The notes beneath the pieces are model-generated. The model saw nothing but the letters and a program-made list of their open reading frames with translations, searched no databases and was not told the origin of the DNA. Below are positions 63,051 to 64,000 of a stretch of 64,000 bases of DNA, one piece after another. Source of the stretch: Escherichia phage vB_EcoM_G10400. A program made the position numbers and the translations under genes. The stretch is from the sequence record MK327937.1; one strand, given 5' to 3'. The stretch's first letter is position 1. Each line of letters starts with the position of its first letter.

Positions 63051-63989
63051 TTATTTAAATTGTTCAGTAACGTCTTCAACTACTTCGTATTGGCAGGTAC
63101 GCATTTTAGCATCGTTGTAATCAATCGGAATTGATACTACATCGCGAGGATGAACTTTAACTTTTACAACTCGGCTGGTTGAACTGCCAAAGTGACGAAT
63201 ATAAGATTTAGAACACACATGCAGACCGCGAGAACAAGTCTGTGTATCATCGTCATTCACACGAGTACGTGGCATTTTAACTACTTTACCGGGACTGTTA
63301 TCAAAAGTATTTGAGTGGCAGTCAAAGTAATTGCTGCGAACTACTTTCCAAGCATAGAAGTAACCATCTTCTGTAATTTCAATATCGTTTGCTACCAAGA
63401 AATCAAAGAGTCGAGATACCGCTTTTTGGCTCGGGTTTTCCAACAGATTTTCCAAGAACGGAAAATAAAATTCAAAGTTTTCGCCTTTTTCCATCGAATC
63501 GAGAATACGATCAACTAAACCAGATCGCAATTCAATATTTTGATAGAACAAGCTTCCACCTTCAATTCGAACATCACCGGAAATATATTTTTCAACAGCG
63601 CGACGAACATTAATTTTTTGTGCCGCTTCTTCCAATTTATCTGCAACAAGCAGATTAAGAATTTCCTGGAAGTTTGAATGAGTATTAGGAGTTGCGTTAT
63701 AAGTTACACCGTCAACAGTAATTGAAATGAATTTTTTAGATGCATTCCAAATAATGTCAGATTTAGCAACTGGAGCAATAACTGCATCGCTATTAACTTT
63801 AACTGTAATATCACCACTAATAGTAACTTTAGAGCGCTCAGCTTCTTCAGCATTTTTCAAAACACGACGGATTGTGTCCACCGATACACCTTGCCAATCA
63901 GCCAATTCCTGTTGGGTGTAATTACCACTTGAATACAGTTTGACAATTTCAGATTGTTCGTTTTTGGTCAGGCATTTAATATTGTACAT
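63051..63989 (-). CDS. rIIB: rIIB membrane-associated rapid-lysis protein
   Basis: 312 aa; MYNIKCLTKNEQSEIVKLYSSGNYTQQELADW matches T4 rIIB as I recall it. Confidence 0.9.
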   Translation of the reverse strand: MYNIKCLTKNEQSEIVKLYSSGNYTQQELADWQGVSVDTIRRVLKNAEEAERSKVTISGDITVKVNSDAVIAPVAKSDIIWNASKKFISITVDGVTYNATPNTHSNFQEILNLLVADKLEEAAQKINVRRAVEKYISGDVRIEGGSLFYQNIELRSGLVDRILDSMEKGENFEFYFPFLENLLENPSQKAVSRLFDFLVANDIEITEDGYFYAWKVVRSNYFDCHSNTFDNSPGKVVKMPRTRVNDDDTQTCSRGLHVCSKSYIRHFGSSTSRVVKVKVHPRDVVSIPIDYNDAKMRTCQYEVVEDVTEQFK

Positions 63990-64000
63990 AATTTTCCTTA

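Overview
This window is a T-even (T4-like, Tequatrovirus-type) phage genome segment, essentially colinear with the T4 map from the end of gene 24 through rIIB. Identifications rest on my recall of T4 protein sequences, lengths and gene order, not on any database search. Early and middle genes lie on the minus strand: rnlB, hoc, inh, uvsY, 25, 26, alt (two paralogs), DNA ligase 30, rIII, 31, cd, pseT, alc, rnlA, denA, nrdB (with intron), nrdA, td (with intron), frd, 32, 59, 33, dsbA, rnh, asiA, motA, 52, stp, ndd, denB, rIIB. Late genes lie on the plus strand: segE, uvsW, 51, 27, 28, 29, 48, 54, 34, 35, 36, 37, 38, t. Two self-splicing group I introns carry homing endonuclease genes (I-TevI in td, a full-length I-TevIII in nrdB); SegE and endonuclease II (denA) are further GIY-YIG-type endonucleases. 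The phage is not T4 itself: Hoc has an extra Ig-like domain, the nrdB intron ORF is full length, and the tail fibre tip is T2-type (long gp37 plus a glycine-rich gp38 adhesin). The most anomalous feature is at 3836-4012: an Illumina Nextera adapter with index and P7 sequence, a poly-A tract and a duplicated 55-bp flank, which is almost certainly a sequencing/assembly artifact. I found no convincing evidence of a novel, undescribed biological system; the accessory-looking parts are small uncharacterised early ORFs typical of T-even hyperplastic regions. Note that the supplied ORF track uses alternative start codons and several true starts are internal; corrected starts are given where I could justify them.
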